Shown here: positions 1 to 11,967 of the stretch, piece by piece
Layout of the letters: each line of letters starts with the position of its first letter
Position numbering within the stretch: position 1 is the first letter of the stretch
NCBI GenBank assembly: GCA_964016885.1
Contig: OZ024740.1
Coordinates: 182,342,001 to 182,406,000, forward strand
Origin: Eledone cirrhosa
Lineage: Eukaryota
DNA: 64,000 nt
Reading direction: 5' to 3'
Notes under the pieces: model-generated
Told to the model about the DNA's origin: nothing
Database searches by the model: none
What the model saw: only the letters and a program-made list of their open reading frames with translations
Made by a program: the position numbers and the translations under genes

Positions 1-159
1 ACAACAAAATGCACCCAGTCTACCCTGTTAGATGGTAGTGTTAGTGTCTTGATAAAATGCTCCAAGTAAGTGCGGTAAAGTGATTGACATTAGGAAGAGC
101 ATCCAGTCATAGAAACCATGCTCCTATAGACACATGCATATAAACCAACAATATTGATA

Positions 160-348
160 GGCGGTGGATTGGCAGTATCGGTAGAGGGTCGGACGCCATG
201 CTTTCTAGCATAGTTACGTCCCTTAACGATCTGAGTTCAAATCCCGCTGAGGTTGACTTTGCCTTTCATCCTTACGGGGTCGATAAAATAAAGTACCAGT
301 AATGCACTGGGTAATTGCTGGCCTTGTGCCAAAAGTAGAAACAATTAT
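160..348 (+). mobile_element. tRNA-derived SINE, family A
   Basis: Box A-like TGGCAGTATCGG and box B GAGTTCAAATCC, then GCCTTTCATCCTTACGGGGTCGATAAAATAAAGTACCAG (resembles the Meta/MESC-type SINE domain). Same sequence recurs at 16.5-17.1 kb and 60.1-60.5 kb. Confidence 0.85.
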
Positions 349-636
349 TTAATATTAAATGAATAGAGAGGTTATAAACTATCTGAAAGTTGAAAAAATG
401 TTTCATTTAAAAATCATTACATGCTTGAATCCTCGAAAGTGCTATAATGGGGTGTTTCAATCGTACCTCTTTATTACTAATTCATATCACATCTTTGATT
501 AATTAAATAAGTCTCAATACAAAATATGTTGGTGCAAGCTCTTATCAATTGCAGGTCAAAAGTGTAGTTTTCCCTTTTTACACATTTGGATACATTGATA
601 CATACATTATGAAAAACATACACACACACTCTTACA

Positions 637-673
637 CTAGCAAAATACTGTCCAGGGGTGGTATTTCTGCTAG
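637..673. repeat. Short CTAG-bounded palindrome (Helitron 3' terminus-like)
   Basis: CTAGCAAAATACTGTCCAGGGGTGGTATTTCTGCTAG followed by T and TA repeats; same design as 40839-40875. Confidence 0.55.
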
Positions 674-680
674 TATATAT

Positions 681-967
681 CTAAGTCTAAAGTCTGTCTT
701 AAACCAGAAGGCTCATTTGGCCGGTGCTTATCTCTGTTTCATGGCGTGAAGCGACTGAGAGTACAAGACCGCCCCCTGGACAGGACGCCAGTCCATAGCA
801 GTGTTAAACCTCCAGCTATTGCTTGTACTCATTTTCAGCTGAACATACTGGAGCAACATGAAATGAAGTGTTTTGCTCAAGAACACAACACGCAACCCAG
901 GAATCGAGGCCACGACATTATGATTGTAAGTCCAACACTCCTACCACTAAGCCACGTGCCACCACAC
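681..967 (-). mobile_element. tRNA-derived SINE, family B (CORE-like plus Deu/Nin-like domain)
   Basis: Reverse complement of the copy at 9597-9880: tRNA-like head, GTGTTCTTGAGCAAAACACTT, and ATGGACTGGCGTCC...GTCGCTTCACGCCATGAAAC. Confidence 0.8.
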
Positions 968-1007
968 TAGTATATATCTATCTATCTATATATATATATA
1001 TATATAT

Positions 1008-1861
1008 AACATTTATGCTTTCATATATTTTTATATCTGTATATCTGTTTGACCCGAAATAGGAGATCGAATCTTCGCTGTGTGGATAATTAGTTTAACC
1101 ACCATCTCAGTGTTTTTGGCCTTTAACGTAAGTTGTAAGCTCTAATTCTTTTGAATTATTGAGCGCTTGCCTCACAATTCGAAAGTGTCTTTTCGTTATT
1201 TCATAGGCTGAAATTCGATTCTCGCTAATTTTTACTTGTATTAATCTCCAGAGTCTAGCTATTCGCCAGTTAATTTTATTGACTGGTTTTAGTCTATTCT
1301 ATTGACTGCCGAATAGCTTTGTTATATTTAACCACTCTGTCGAGAGCTTCATTCGATTTGTGATATTTTGCATTTTCGCAATATTATACACAGATGAATT
1401 CATTCGCCTAATTTAGGTGGTGCCTCCCTTGCTGAACCCCACGTAGGGTCAGTTACAGACACATCTATGTGGTCTTTCGAACTGAATCCCGTTGATAACG
1501 CGCACTCCTAGTTCAGTCGGGATACGAGAAACTTAACATCCTTTATGTAAGTGGACAGTAAATGACTTATGGAGCCACAGAAACCCCGACACTGGACTTT
1601 ACCATCATTCCAGGGGTCCGGGTGAGTATAAAACATTTATGCTTTCATATATTTTTATATCTGTATATGTGTTTGACCCGAAATAGGAGATCGAATCTTC
1701 GCTGTGTGGATAATTAGTTTAACCACCATCTCAGTGTGTTTGGCCTTTAACGTAAGTTGTAAGCTCTAATTCTTTTGAATTATTGAGCGCTTGCCTCACA
1801 ATTCGAAAGTGTTTTTTCATTATTTCATAGGCTGAAATTCGATTCTCACTAATTTTTACTT
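1008..1861. repeat. TA-flanked element with 230-bp direct repeats (1008-1237, 1632-1861; period 624 bp); possibly a tandem PLE pseudo-LTR
   Basis: Near-identical direct repeats visible in the sequence; both ends abut (TA)n; no ORF. Confidence 0.75.
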
Positions 1862-2091
1862 ATATATATATCATCATCATCATCATCATCATTTTACGTC
1901 CGCTTTTCCCTGCTTGCAAGGGTGGGACGGGTCTTATTCAGCACAGCATCTCTCCACTCGTCACGGTCCCTCGTCATCTCCACCGTGAGCTTCAATGATC
2001 TGAGGTCTGTTCTCACCACCTCCGCCCATGTTTTTCGTGGTCTACATCTACCACGTCTTCTTTCAACTGGCATTTCCTGGCACTTCTTCAC

Positions 2092-4182
2092 CTATCGGTC
2101 ATCCTCCATGCGCATCACGTGTCCATACCACCTCAGTCTCCTCTCCCGTACACTACATTCTATCCCTCTCAGACACAGTTTCTCTCTCAACACATTTATG
2201 CTGGGTCGTTCACGCACATTTACACTGCACATCCAACGGAGCATGCTTGCCTCATTTCTCTCCAGCCGTCGCATATCCTCTGCGGTTGCTGCCCATGTCT
2301 CACTACCATGCAGCATCGCGCTCCTCACACAGGCATCATACAACCGGCCTTTCGTACGCAGGGAGAAACCCTTCTTCGTCAACAGAGGAAGCAGCTCCCT
2401 AAACTTCTTCCAACCCGTCCTTATTCTAGATACTATGGCCTCGTAACACCCTCCTCCCATGCTAATCTGATCTCCTAGGTACCGGAAGCTATCCACCACT
2501 TCTATAGCGCCCTCTCGCATTTGAAAAATGTGTCTATCAGTGCGACTTCTACTGTCTAATTTCCCTGTACATCTACTGCATACATATTTCTCCCTACCTG
2601 TTAGTTTGCCTGCTATCTCGCTACATCTCTTGTGTACCCAGGACCTGCATTGTGTGCATTTTATAGAATGTATGCCAGTTCCTTTTATGCATATCGAACA
2701 TGGCCATTTCCCTGACGGAATCAGGGTTTTGTCCTCTTTTCTACTCATCAACACTTTTGTCTTAGCTAGATTTACTCTCAGTCCTCTTGCTTCCAACTGC
2801 TGTTTCCATAGCCGGAATTTATTCTCTAGCTCCTCTACTGATTCTGCTATAAGAGCCAGATCGTCAACATAGAGAAGTTCCCATGGACAGCCAGTCTTAA
2901 ACTCCTCTGTTATGGCTTGGAGGACTATAATGAACAAGAGCAGGCTGAGGACCGAACCCCGATGTACACCTACTTGTATCTGGAATTCCTCACTAAACTC
3001 CATTCCTACCCTGACTTTACTGAGAGTACCTCTGTACAAAGTTTGCACTGTCCTCACAAGCCATTCCTCAACACCTAGCTTCCTTAGGGACCACCAGATG
3101 ACAGATCGGGGTACCCTATCAAAGGCCTTCTCTAGGTCAACAAAGGCTAAGTATAGTAGCTTATTCTTCTCTAAGAACCTCTCTCGCATTTGTCTCACCA
3201 AGAAGAGGGCATCTGTTGTACTCTTCCCAGGCACAAAACCAAACTGCATCTCATCTAGTTTGACCCTTTCTCTAATTAGTTGTGCTAAAATCCTTTCTGC
3301 CACTTTCATAACCTGATCTATCAGTTTTATACCCCTATAATTGCTCCTCTCCAAAGCATCCCCTTTACCTTTGTAGCAATTTATGAGAATACTGCTGCAC
3401 CAGTCTTTGGGTATGACACCACCATATATAGCCTGATTGATGATGCGTGCAACCAGTTTAGTGCCTACGTCCCCTGATGCCTTCAGCATCTCAGCAACTA
3501 TTCCCGATGGTCCGGCCGCCTTACCATTTTTCATTTCCCTAATCGCCTCTTGGACCCTATATTCGTCAATCTCAATAGCTGGTCCCTCTGTCGGATCTAC
3601 CAAGGGTAATTTCTCTCTCTCACATTCGTTCTCCACATTCATCAGTCTCTCATAATGACATTTCCAGACCTCCTTTTTCTGATCATTCGGGACACTAAGT
3701 ACACCGGCATCATCCCGGACATATTTATCTCCAACAACATCCTGATTTGCATTGAGACACTGCCTTGCAATGTGGAACACCGCACGCCTCTGATCTTCCC
3801 GTCGCAGAACATTGGCAAACCTCCTACTCTCTGCCTCCCTGCGTGCTAAGTACACCTGACGTCTAGCTTCTCTCTTAGTGGCTGTATATTCTTCCCTACT
3901 CCCACCCTTTTTCCAAGCCTTCCATGCTAGTCTTTTGTCTCTAATAGCCTTATCTACTGTGCTGTTCCACCACCAGGTCACTCTCTGTCTGGTTGGAGCT
4001 CTGCTCCAGCCACAGGTTTCATCAGTAGCCTGCAGCAAGTTGTCACGTAAGAACTTCCAGTTATTATCGATGTCATACGTCTCTAAATCGTCTTCTTTTT
4101 CGTCATATACATCTTGAAGGGCTTTCCTAAATTTGTATTTTAGTGAAAGGTCTTTTAGCTTCCAGACCTTTCTTCTCCACAC
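2092..4182 (-). pseudogene. RTE reverse transcriptase region with a PHD-like Cys cluster
   Basis: 696-aa ORF; in-frame TAG at 2092 followed by a continuation to 1894; frameshifted from the APE pieces at 4233-4574 and 4686-4960. Confidence 0.9.
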
Positions 4183-4232
4183 CTTCCTATATGTCTCATT
4201 CCATCTCTTGCTTACTGAGATATCACTAACAA

Positions 4233-4960
4233 CTAACCTATGCTGTGGGGTACATTCTTCGCAGGGTATGCCTTGGTATTAGACACTATCTGCCTGTCTC
4301 GCTGCCTAACTAGCAGGAAGTCAATCTGGCTTATGTGCTCAACAGATTTGTAGGTTATTAGGTGATTGGCAGGTTTCTGGAAGTTTGTGTTGCAAATAGT
4401 AAATGTACTTGCATCACAAAATTCAAGAAGTCTCACTCCTTCTTCATTTCTTGAACCGTAACCGTGCCCACCATGTACCCCAGTGTAACCATCCTGGAGC
4501 TGACCAACATGACCATTGAAGTCTCCTGCTAGCATAACGATGTCTCCGTCCTCTGTCATTGTGGTTGTTTGCAAAAGTTGCTCATAAAAGCAGTCTTTCC
4601 CATCTTTGCCTAGGCCTGGTTGGGGAGCATAGACCGAGATGATTGTCAGTAGTCTCCTACCTACAACTAATCTAAGCTTAATTATTCAATTACTAACTCG
4701 AACTACCTCTATTGTCTTATTGATCCATTTCTCAGCCAGGAAAATGCCTACTCCCCCTAACCCATCATCCTTACCTACCCAGAATAGCTTATAGCTAAGA
4801 CGCTTGCCTACGACTAGTCTCGCAGAGGCACCTCTCCATCTCACCTCTTGCACGCAGCACACATCCACCTGCCTTCTCTCCAGCATCTCCGCTATTTCAG
4901 CAGATCTACCTCTGAGAGTGCCAACATTAAGTGTTGCAACTCTGAGATGCGACGTCTTCA
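4233..4960 (-). pseudogene. RTE AP-endonuclease domain fragments
   Basis: ORFs 4686-4979 and 4233-4574 carry APE motifs; broken by stops and frameshifts. Confidence 0.9.
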
Positions 4961-4977
4961 TATATATATATATATAC

Positions 4978-5166
<189 letters not shown>

Positions 5167-5220
5167 GAAGACGTCGCATCTCAGAGTTTCAACACTTAAT
5201 GTATATATATATATATATAT

Positions 5221-5601
5221 TGGTAAACGGAATAGAAAATGCTGACAAATTGTTCACAGTTGAAAAATGGTTTAATTAGGAATAAAAGAGTATTAGTGAT
5301 TGTATGGGTTAGTATTCAGTTGTGGTTTTAAGTTTTTAAGTTTTTACCGGTTGCGCATTTCTAAATGCTTTTCAAAAATAATTTTGAGATAGAGTGTCCG
5401 TGCTGTTTGCTCTGATCAGCACGGACACTCTATCTCAAAATTATTTTTGAAAAGCATTTAGAAATGCGCAACCGGTAAAAACTTAAAAACTTAAAACCAC
5501 AACTGAATACTAACCCATACAATCACTAATACTCTTTTATTCCTAATTAAACCATTTTTCAACTGTGAACAATTTGTCAGCATTTTCTATTCCGTTTACC
5601 A
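5221..5601. repeat. Perfect 185-bp inverted repeat (fold-back) within a TA tract
   Basis: Arms 5221-5405 and 5417-5601 with an 11-nt loop TTTGCTCTGAT; diverged single-arm copy at 51300-51463. Confidence 0.95.
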
Positions 5602-5637
5602 TTATATAATAACTTGTGTGTTACACCTCTATTCTTT

Positions 5638-5687
<50 letters not shown>

Positions 5688-6212
5688 TATACATATACAT
5701 ATATATACATATATATATATATACATATATATATATACATATATATGTATGTACATATATATATATATATATGGTGGTGGCTGCCAACTCCTTTTCGAGT
5801 ACGCCCACTACTTTATATCCATGTAGGAGAACCCCTACCGATGCGTTGAACGAGTGTGACATTTTCGTCCAGCCAGCGACTTGAAAACTCTGGTACAAAC
5901 ACTACACTTTTGACATTTATTGCCACATAGTGCTGGGCCCACGGTACCATGTGACGACAAGAGCAGAGAGATCTCCAGATATAAAGCAATGCCTGTGCCG
6001 TGAAGCTTTTATAGTGAGCAACGGCACTGCACAAAGCCAGTCCCACTCTCTTAACAAAGAGGATATTTACCAAAAAGAAGAACAAGTCAACATCATTGGA
6101 TACCATCAGGGTTGCAGGTGTTATATCAAAGTTGTCCTTCTGCTAGAATTCTGCCTTGACAAAGGCTAAGGGGTCATCTCTCCCGGTTATTTTGGATGGC
6201 CTTTGACTCTTA

Positions 6213-6252
<40 letters not shown>

Positions 6253-6776
6253 CGTTTCTGAATTTGTTTAGCAAGATTCTTTATCTGAAAACGTGTGTTG
6301 AAACCGATATTGTTATACTTTGGGAGAGTCATGTTGCCAATAAGAAACACACGCACCATTGCTTTCACTTCAATTTATTATAATAAATTTATAAATTTAG
6401 GAATTTAAAAATTTCCGGTTGGTTGGTTCCACAACCAGATGATTGTTTATATATTGTCAATGTTCTTTCGTCACACATTCTGTGACCTCTTCAGTGACTG
6501 GGGATTCTTTTCTTTGTTTTTGTGCCTCTCCTTTGTTCTGTCCTACGCCATCTTGTTTTTGTGTATGTTGTGTGTTTAGTTTGTGCATGTGTTACATCCG
6601 GGTGTCTGTCTGTGTTTATATTTGTTTATTTACATGTTACTGGTTGGTTGTTTGTTCTATGTGCATGTGTGTTTTCATTTTGTCCTTAATTGTAAGTTGT
6701 GATGTTGCTGTTCCATTCATCTTTTCTATTTAATTTTGGTTGGAGTTCATTTATGTTTATTGCCTCTGTGATTTGC

Positions 6777-9224
6777 CTAAACATTGCGTATTTTCTGTGT
6801 GTAGATTCTATTTTTATTTCTGTTCTCTAATTTACCCTTATGTTCTATTTTAGCATGTTGGTAGAGTACAGATGATTCTTTACTATCTTGAAGGTCTCGC
6901 CAGTGTTCATTTATCCGTTCCCCTATACTACAAGCTGTCTTACCTATGTACACTATATTCTTATCTCTACATTGTCCTTCAGTACATCTTATGCTATATA
7001 CTACATTTCTAGTTTTACAGTTAATATGGGGGCTTAATTTGCAGATTATACATTTCTTATCTCTACGGGGAGGTCTTTGAAAACGGTATGTATTGCTAAT
7101 AAGTGTTTTTATGGAGGTACCTGGTCTTTCTACTATCTTAATATTGAGTTTATGTTTATCTAGGGCCCTTCTAAATTTGTAAGCTAATTCACCTCTAGGG
7201 GTTGTATCGATGAACATTACATTCTGGTATTTATTGCTATCATACCATGAGTTAATTCTATTAACCTTATTCCTAGTACTTTCTATTCTATTTCAAAATT
7301 TGCTCCTATACAAAGGGCAGGTCCCATTTGTGTCATTATTTACCATTTTTTCCCATTTGGTTCTGGATCCTATATATACTCTGATGTTACCTCTCTGATT
7401 GTAACCAGAGAACTGCATACGGTGGATGAGGTGTTGTATGTGTCTCTCTAGTTCTTTGGGGTTGCACATGCGGAACACGTTTCTCATCACCCGTCCCAAA
7501 TCCGCAATCAGTATGTTGATTTTGGTATGGTCCGAAACAGCTGAGTTTCGGTTTATCAGGTATTTGGAAGTCATGGGTTTGGCATAATGGGAATGGAGGA
7601 TTTGTTTTTTGTTATTAATGGTATCTAACCAGAGCTCTGTGTCTAGTACAGGTAATCGATGGTTGGGGTGTTTGCTTGGGTAGTCTATAGTAACTCTAAT
7701 ACTCTGGTGGATGGAGTTAGCTATTTTCTGGATGCTTTCCATGGTGTTTTTCTCTAGTTCCTGACTGTTCTCTAGTGGGGGTGTTTTTACTACGATGTTT
7801 ATATCATCGATGTAGCGGGAGTACATTATCAGGGTTAAGGGGCTGCTGTCTTTTAATTGTTCTTTAAGTTTAAGTTTAAGTCTATTGTCCCACCATACCA
7901 TGAATAGGTTAGCTATGTCACCTGCAATGCTAACACCAATGACTGCTCCCTCCTCTTGGGCATATGTTTTTTGATTAAATTTGAACATATGTTCCTTAAG
8001 GGTTAATTTTATGCTGGCCCCACCTCATGTGCAATCATTTTCTTTAGTTCATTGTGGTTTTCGGGGGTCTGTATGGCTCTGGTCCACCCATTCCATCTAT
8101 CTGTGTGGCTTTTCTTGGCCATTGAGGTAATGGTAGGTGGTCTGCCTCTTGCTGGTCTTGTAGGGCACAGGTTGCTAACGCCATATGTATCTAGATAATT
8201 ATTACTATAGGTAAGTTTAAGTAGAAGTCCCAGCTCACTGCTATCAATCCCACGGAATTCAACATTGCTCTCACTGATCGTTTCTACGCATTTCTCCACA
8301 GCAAAATCCACCTCAATAGATGGATACAGGGACACAAATCCATACTAGTTATTATGCAGTTTGTTAGGTCCCTAGATCGGTTACTCTCGCCGATTCTGCT
8401 GAGGAGATCCTCCGTGCTGTCACATAGATCTGGGAACATTTCAATGATGGGGTGTATGATCAGGGAGAGGAAGTAGGAAAGTCTGTAGTTACTAGCAATG
8501 TTAGCTCCACAGACTGGCCGTGTTGGTGGTCCTGTGACAGGGTCATTGCTCGTTTTATGGTCTTTTCGAAGCCCATACAACGCTGGCACATCATTGTTCC
8601 AAGCCTGGAAGTTGTTGTCAGTCCTTTTGTTGGGCTGCATTATATTTGTCCACATCATCATATGGGCATTGAGGGCTTTTTCCCTATCCTCATGCTCTTG
8701 TCGTGTTACTTCTTTTGTGTTAGTGATGTGGGGTTGCATTGCCTGGATGTAGTTAGACAGACTGTCCACCGACATTCTGCCAGACTTGTCTGTTGGAAAG
8801 CATGCAATCTCTCCATTACGCGAACGCTGCATTAGCTTACGCAATATATTTGCAGATTTTTCTCCCTGTTGCTGGGTCTCCATTCTATTATGCTTCTTGC
8901 TATACTGTTCTATAATATTTCTAAGTTTAGATCTAGCTATACTAAATTGTGCTTCTGTTTGTTCATCGACCTGCGACGGTAATTGCGTGCGTTTGTTAAA
9001 AGCTAAAGTCGTGGCGTGGACTCGTCGCAGGTCGAACGACTTATCGGAAGGATTATAACAAGTAGAGTTCCAGGCTGCTGCTTTATGTGTACTAATGCTA
9101 TTGTTATTGTTAGTTGTGTTGTTTCTCTTTCTATTTCCACCAACAACCTCATGGTTGTTTCTATGTCTCTCATTATTACTCCTGTCTCTTTCCTCGGGCT
9201 CATTATTATTATCTACTCTATTTT
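6777..9224 (-). pseudogene. PLE RT-endonuclease ORF with two frameshifts and one in-frame TGA
   Basis: ORF pieces 8284-9291, 8009-8335, 7293-7988 and 6777-7217; the last two are in frame across TGA at 7293-7295. Confidence 0.88.
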
Positions 9225-9381
9225 CCGGTAACATGTAAATAAACAAATAAATAAACAAATATAAACACACACAGACACCCGGATGTAACACATGCGCAAA
9301 CTAAGCACACAACATACACACAAACAAGATGGCGTAGGACAGAACAAAGGAGAGGCACAAAAACAAAGAAAAGAATCCCCA

Positions 9382-9424
9382 GTCACTGAAGAGGTCATAG
9401 AATGTGTGACGAAAGAATTTTGAC
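9382..9424 (+). ncRNA. Degenerate minimal hammerhead-like motif in the pLTR (mirror copy 6456-6498, minus strand)
   Basis: GTCA-CTGAAGA-G-GTCA...TGAC-GAAA-GAATTT-TGAC: stems I and II present, extra G, weak stem III. Confidence 0.5.
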
Positions 9425-9558
9425 AATATATAAACAATCATCTGGTTGTGGAACCAACCAACCAACCAACCGGAAATTTATAAATGTATTATAATAAATT
9501 GAAGTGAAAGCAACTGGTGCGTGTGTTTCTTATTGGCAACATGACCCGCCCAAAGTAT

Positions 9559-9594
<36 letters not shown>

Positions 9595-9596
9595 TA

Positions 9597-9880
9597 GTGT
9601 GGCGGCACGTGGCCTTGTGGTAGGTGTGTTGGACTTACGATCATAATGTTGTGGGCTCGATTCCTGGGTTGCGTGTTGTGTTCTTGAGGAAAACACTTCA
9701 TTTCATGTTGCTCCAATATACTCAGCTGAAAATGACTACCAGCAATAGCTGGAGGTTTAACACTGCGATGGACTGGCGTCCTCTTCAGGGGGGCTGTCTT
9801 GTACTCTCAGTCGCTTCACGCCATGAAACCGGGATAAGCACCGGCCAAATGACATTTCTGGCTTAAGACAGACTTTAGAC
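9597..9880 (+). mobile_element. tRNA-derived SINE, family B
   Basis: Head GTGGCCTTGTGGTAG...GGGCTCGATTCC, CORE-like and Deu/Nin-like motifs; homologous to 681-967. Confidence 0.8.
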
Positions 9881-10092
9881 GGTAATGAAAAACACACTCT
9901 CATGTGTCTTTCCCCTCTATATATTGTATATATATATATATATATAAGGATTAGAATACTGGAGCGTGTTTGAGTCAAACACCCTCTTCGTATTATAGAA
10001 ATGACAGTAAAAGGTATAGCTCAATGCAGTTAAACAGAGCCAAAAAATTAAGAGAGTAAAACAAAGAATCCTTTAATACATCAAAAGTTTTT

Positions 10093-10137
10093 ATTAGCCG
10101 ACAATGTTTCGTCCTATTAAGGACTCATCAGGGCAAT
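10093..10137 (-). ncRNA. Minimal type-I hammerhead ribozyme (sense to the PLE ORF)
   Basis: Reverse complement reads GCC-CTGATGA-GTCCT-TAAT-AGGAC-GAAA-CATTG-TC-GGC: intact core, 5-bp stem II, short stem III, GUC cleavage triplet. Confidence 0.9.
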
Positions 10138-10478
10138 CAAAACAACAAGAGGTAATATCGGCAGATACAAGCCAGAAACTCTGAAGAATATGGAGTGTAC
10201 ATACACTAATGTCTTACAAAGATATACGATAATAAAAATGAAAATAAAGATAAAAATAATAAAAATATATAATAAGAATAACTAAGGATGTAGATAACAT
10301 TAAGAACCATATTACAAATATAGTCCAAAGCAACCAACCTAAATCTAAACAAATTTGGTTATATAGAGCAGGAATTATATATAACACAATATAATACATT
10401 ATAATAATAATATACTTTTACCAACATTAAAATTACAAATTAAAAATCAAAAGGTACAATATATACATGTATATATGT

Positions 10479-10523
<45 letters not shown>

Positions 10524-11967
10524 ACAACACACATATCTATGTTCGACTACACAGAAATTAAGCCCTATTAGAAGTTTGAATATTAAAAATAAGCATAGTA
10601 ATAGTGAAAATAATACTAATACATCTACCCAATATACATGAGGCAATAATATTATATAATTACAAGAAACACATATAACAAATAATAAACAACAAAATTA
10701 TATAATTCAATATAATATAATAAAATAGAATAGATAATCCCCGGTTAATTTACAGAAACAATATAGAGATCACAATGAAATACAATGAAAAAGTGTTGAC
10801 AGTATATTAACATGTACCATAAACAATATATACAAATTGATTCATACTGGGTTACAGAGTAAATGAGGAAATATAAATCATATAATATAATACTCAAAAA
10901 AACTATAATGGTACAGGGAAAAATTATGATGTTACAGAAAAAATATGATGTTACAGAAAAAAATATATACAGACATCTAACATGATATGTAAAGTCTAAA
11001 TATCATAATGTTACATATTACAATATCAAAAAATGTAATATAATATATTTTAAAATTGGCATAAAATATATAAATACTTATAATTACAAGGTTAGTAGAC
11101 AGACATATGTGGATGAATGAGCGAAGCCAGACAGTGAATAGTAAATAGAATATAGAATAAAACAAATAAATACAATCAACCGGAAATTACAAAACAAAAG
11201 CAAATGTATACACATTTAGGCCTCGCGTGCATTTAAGAAATTAGGTAAACACCAAGGAAAGTAATCATTTTAAATGACTCCAAACCCTATTTGATAAATT
11301 AATATTAAAAATATCGAACCCGTCCAATAAGGTAGTATAATATTAGCTGTAGTTTAAGTCATTAAAGTATATAAACTTTAATGTATCGTTACAAATGTTT
11401 ACAAAAAGGAATAAAATTATACTATCATATACGCAACCATATCTAAAAAACTGACTTAAGTAGAGTTAAGGTAGGCTAATGGGGACAGAATTGACAAAAT
11501 ATATGGAGGGTGCGAAGTGGCATAAAATATATTCGATATACTATAATAAATAATAGAACGGAGCATAAAAGAGGGGGGGGGTTAAATATAATCATATTCA
11601 ATCTGGAGGGGTTGACAATAAGTTTATGTGTGCATGTGGGGGAGGGGAGGGGGGGGGGGGTTGTCGATAGATAAATCAGAATAGACTTAGAAATAAAAAT
11701 AGAATTAAAAATAAAAATAAAATTAAAATTAAAATTAAAGTTAATAATAATAAAAAAAAAATATAAAGATAATAATAGAATAACGTAAGTGGCGTAAAGT
11801 GTGTAATCTTATGTATACTAACAAGGTGTAATAGTGAAGACATAGATATGGTACAGTGGCCAAATGATTATGAGAGCTAGAATGAAGAGTCATCAAAAAC
11901 CAATGATATCATTAATGTTGGCAAACAAAAGAACCCAAACAAAAAACTAAGTAATGGAATATATCTT

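Larger units (their letters stand above)
1871..4960 (-). mobile_element. RTE-clade non-LTR retrotransposon, near full length, disrupted
   Basis: APE endonuclease fragments (TLNVGTL, CVQEVRW, GDFNGHVG, IDFLLV), RT (QFGFVPGKST, AFVDLEKAFD, YVDD), C-terminal RRLRWYGHV and RPRKTW, and a 3' (GAT)n tail at 1871-1892. Confidence 0.95.
6251..9566 (-). mobile_element. Penelope-like retroelement (RT + GIY-YIG; Naiad-like) with 5' inverted pseudo-LTR
   Basis: RT motifs (PTDKSG, RPV, SLYPSI, QEEGAVIG, FMVWWD, RYIDD, LPVLD), GIY-YIG (VVYSIRC...YIGKT...ERINEH). Inverted repeat 6307-6643 / 9225-9566. Flanked by (TA)n on both sides. Confidence 0.9.

Noticed and set aside
1922-4117. Plus-strand ORFs overlapping the RTE (also those opposite the PLEs and the Helitron)
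   Set aside because: Antisense shadows of TE coding frames with no motifs.
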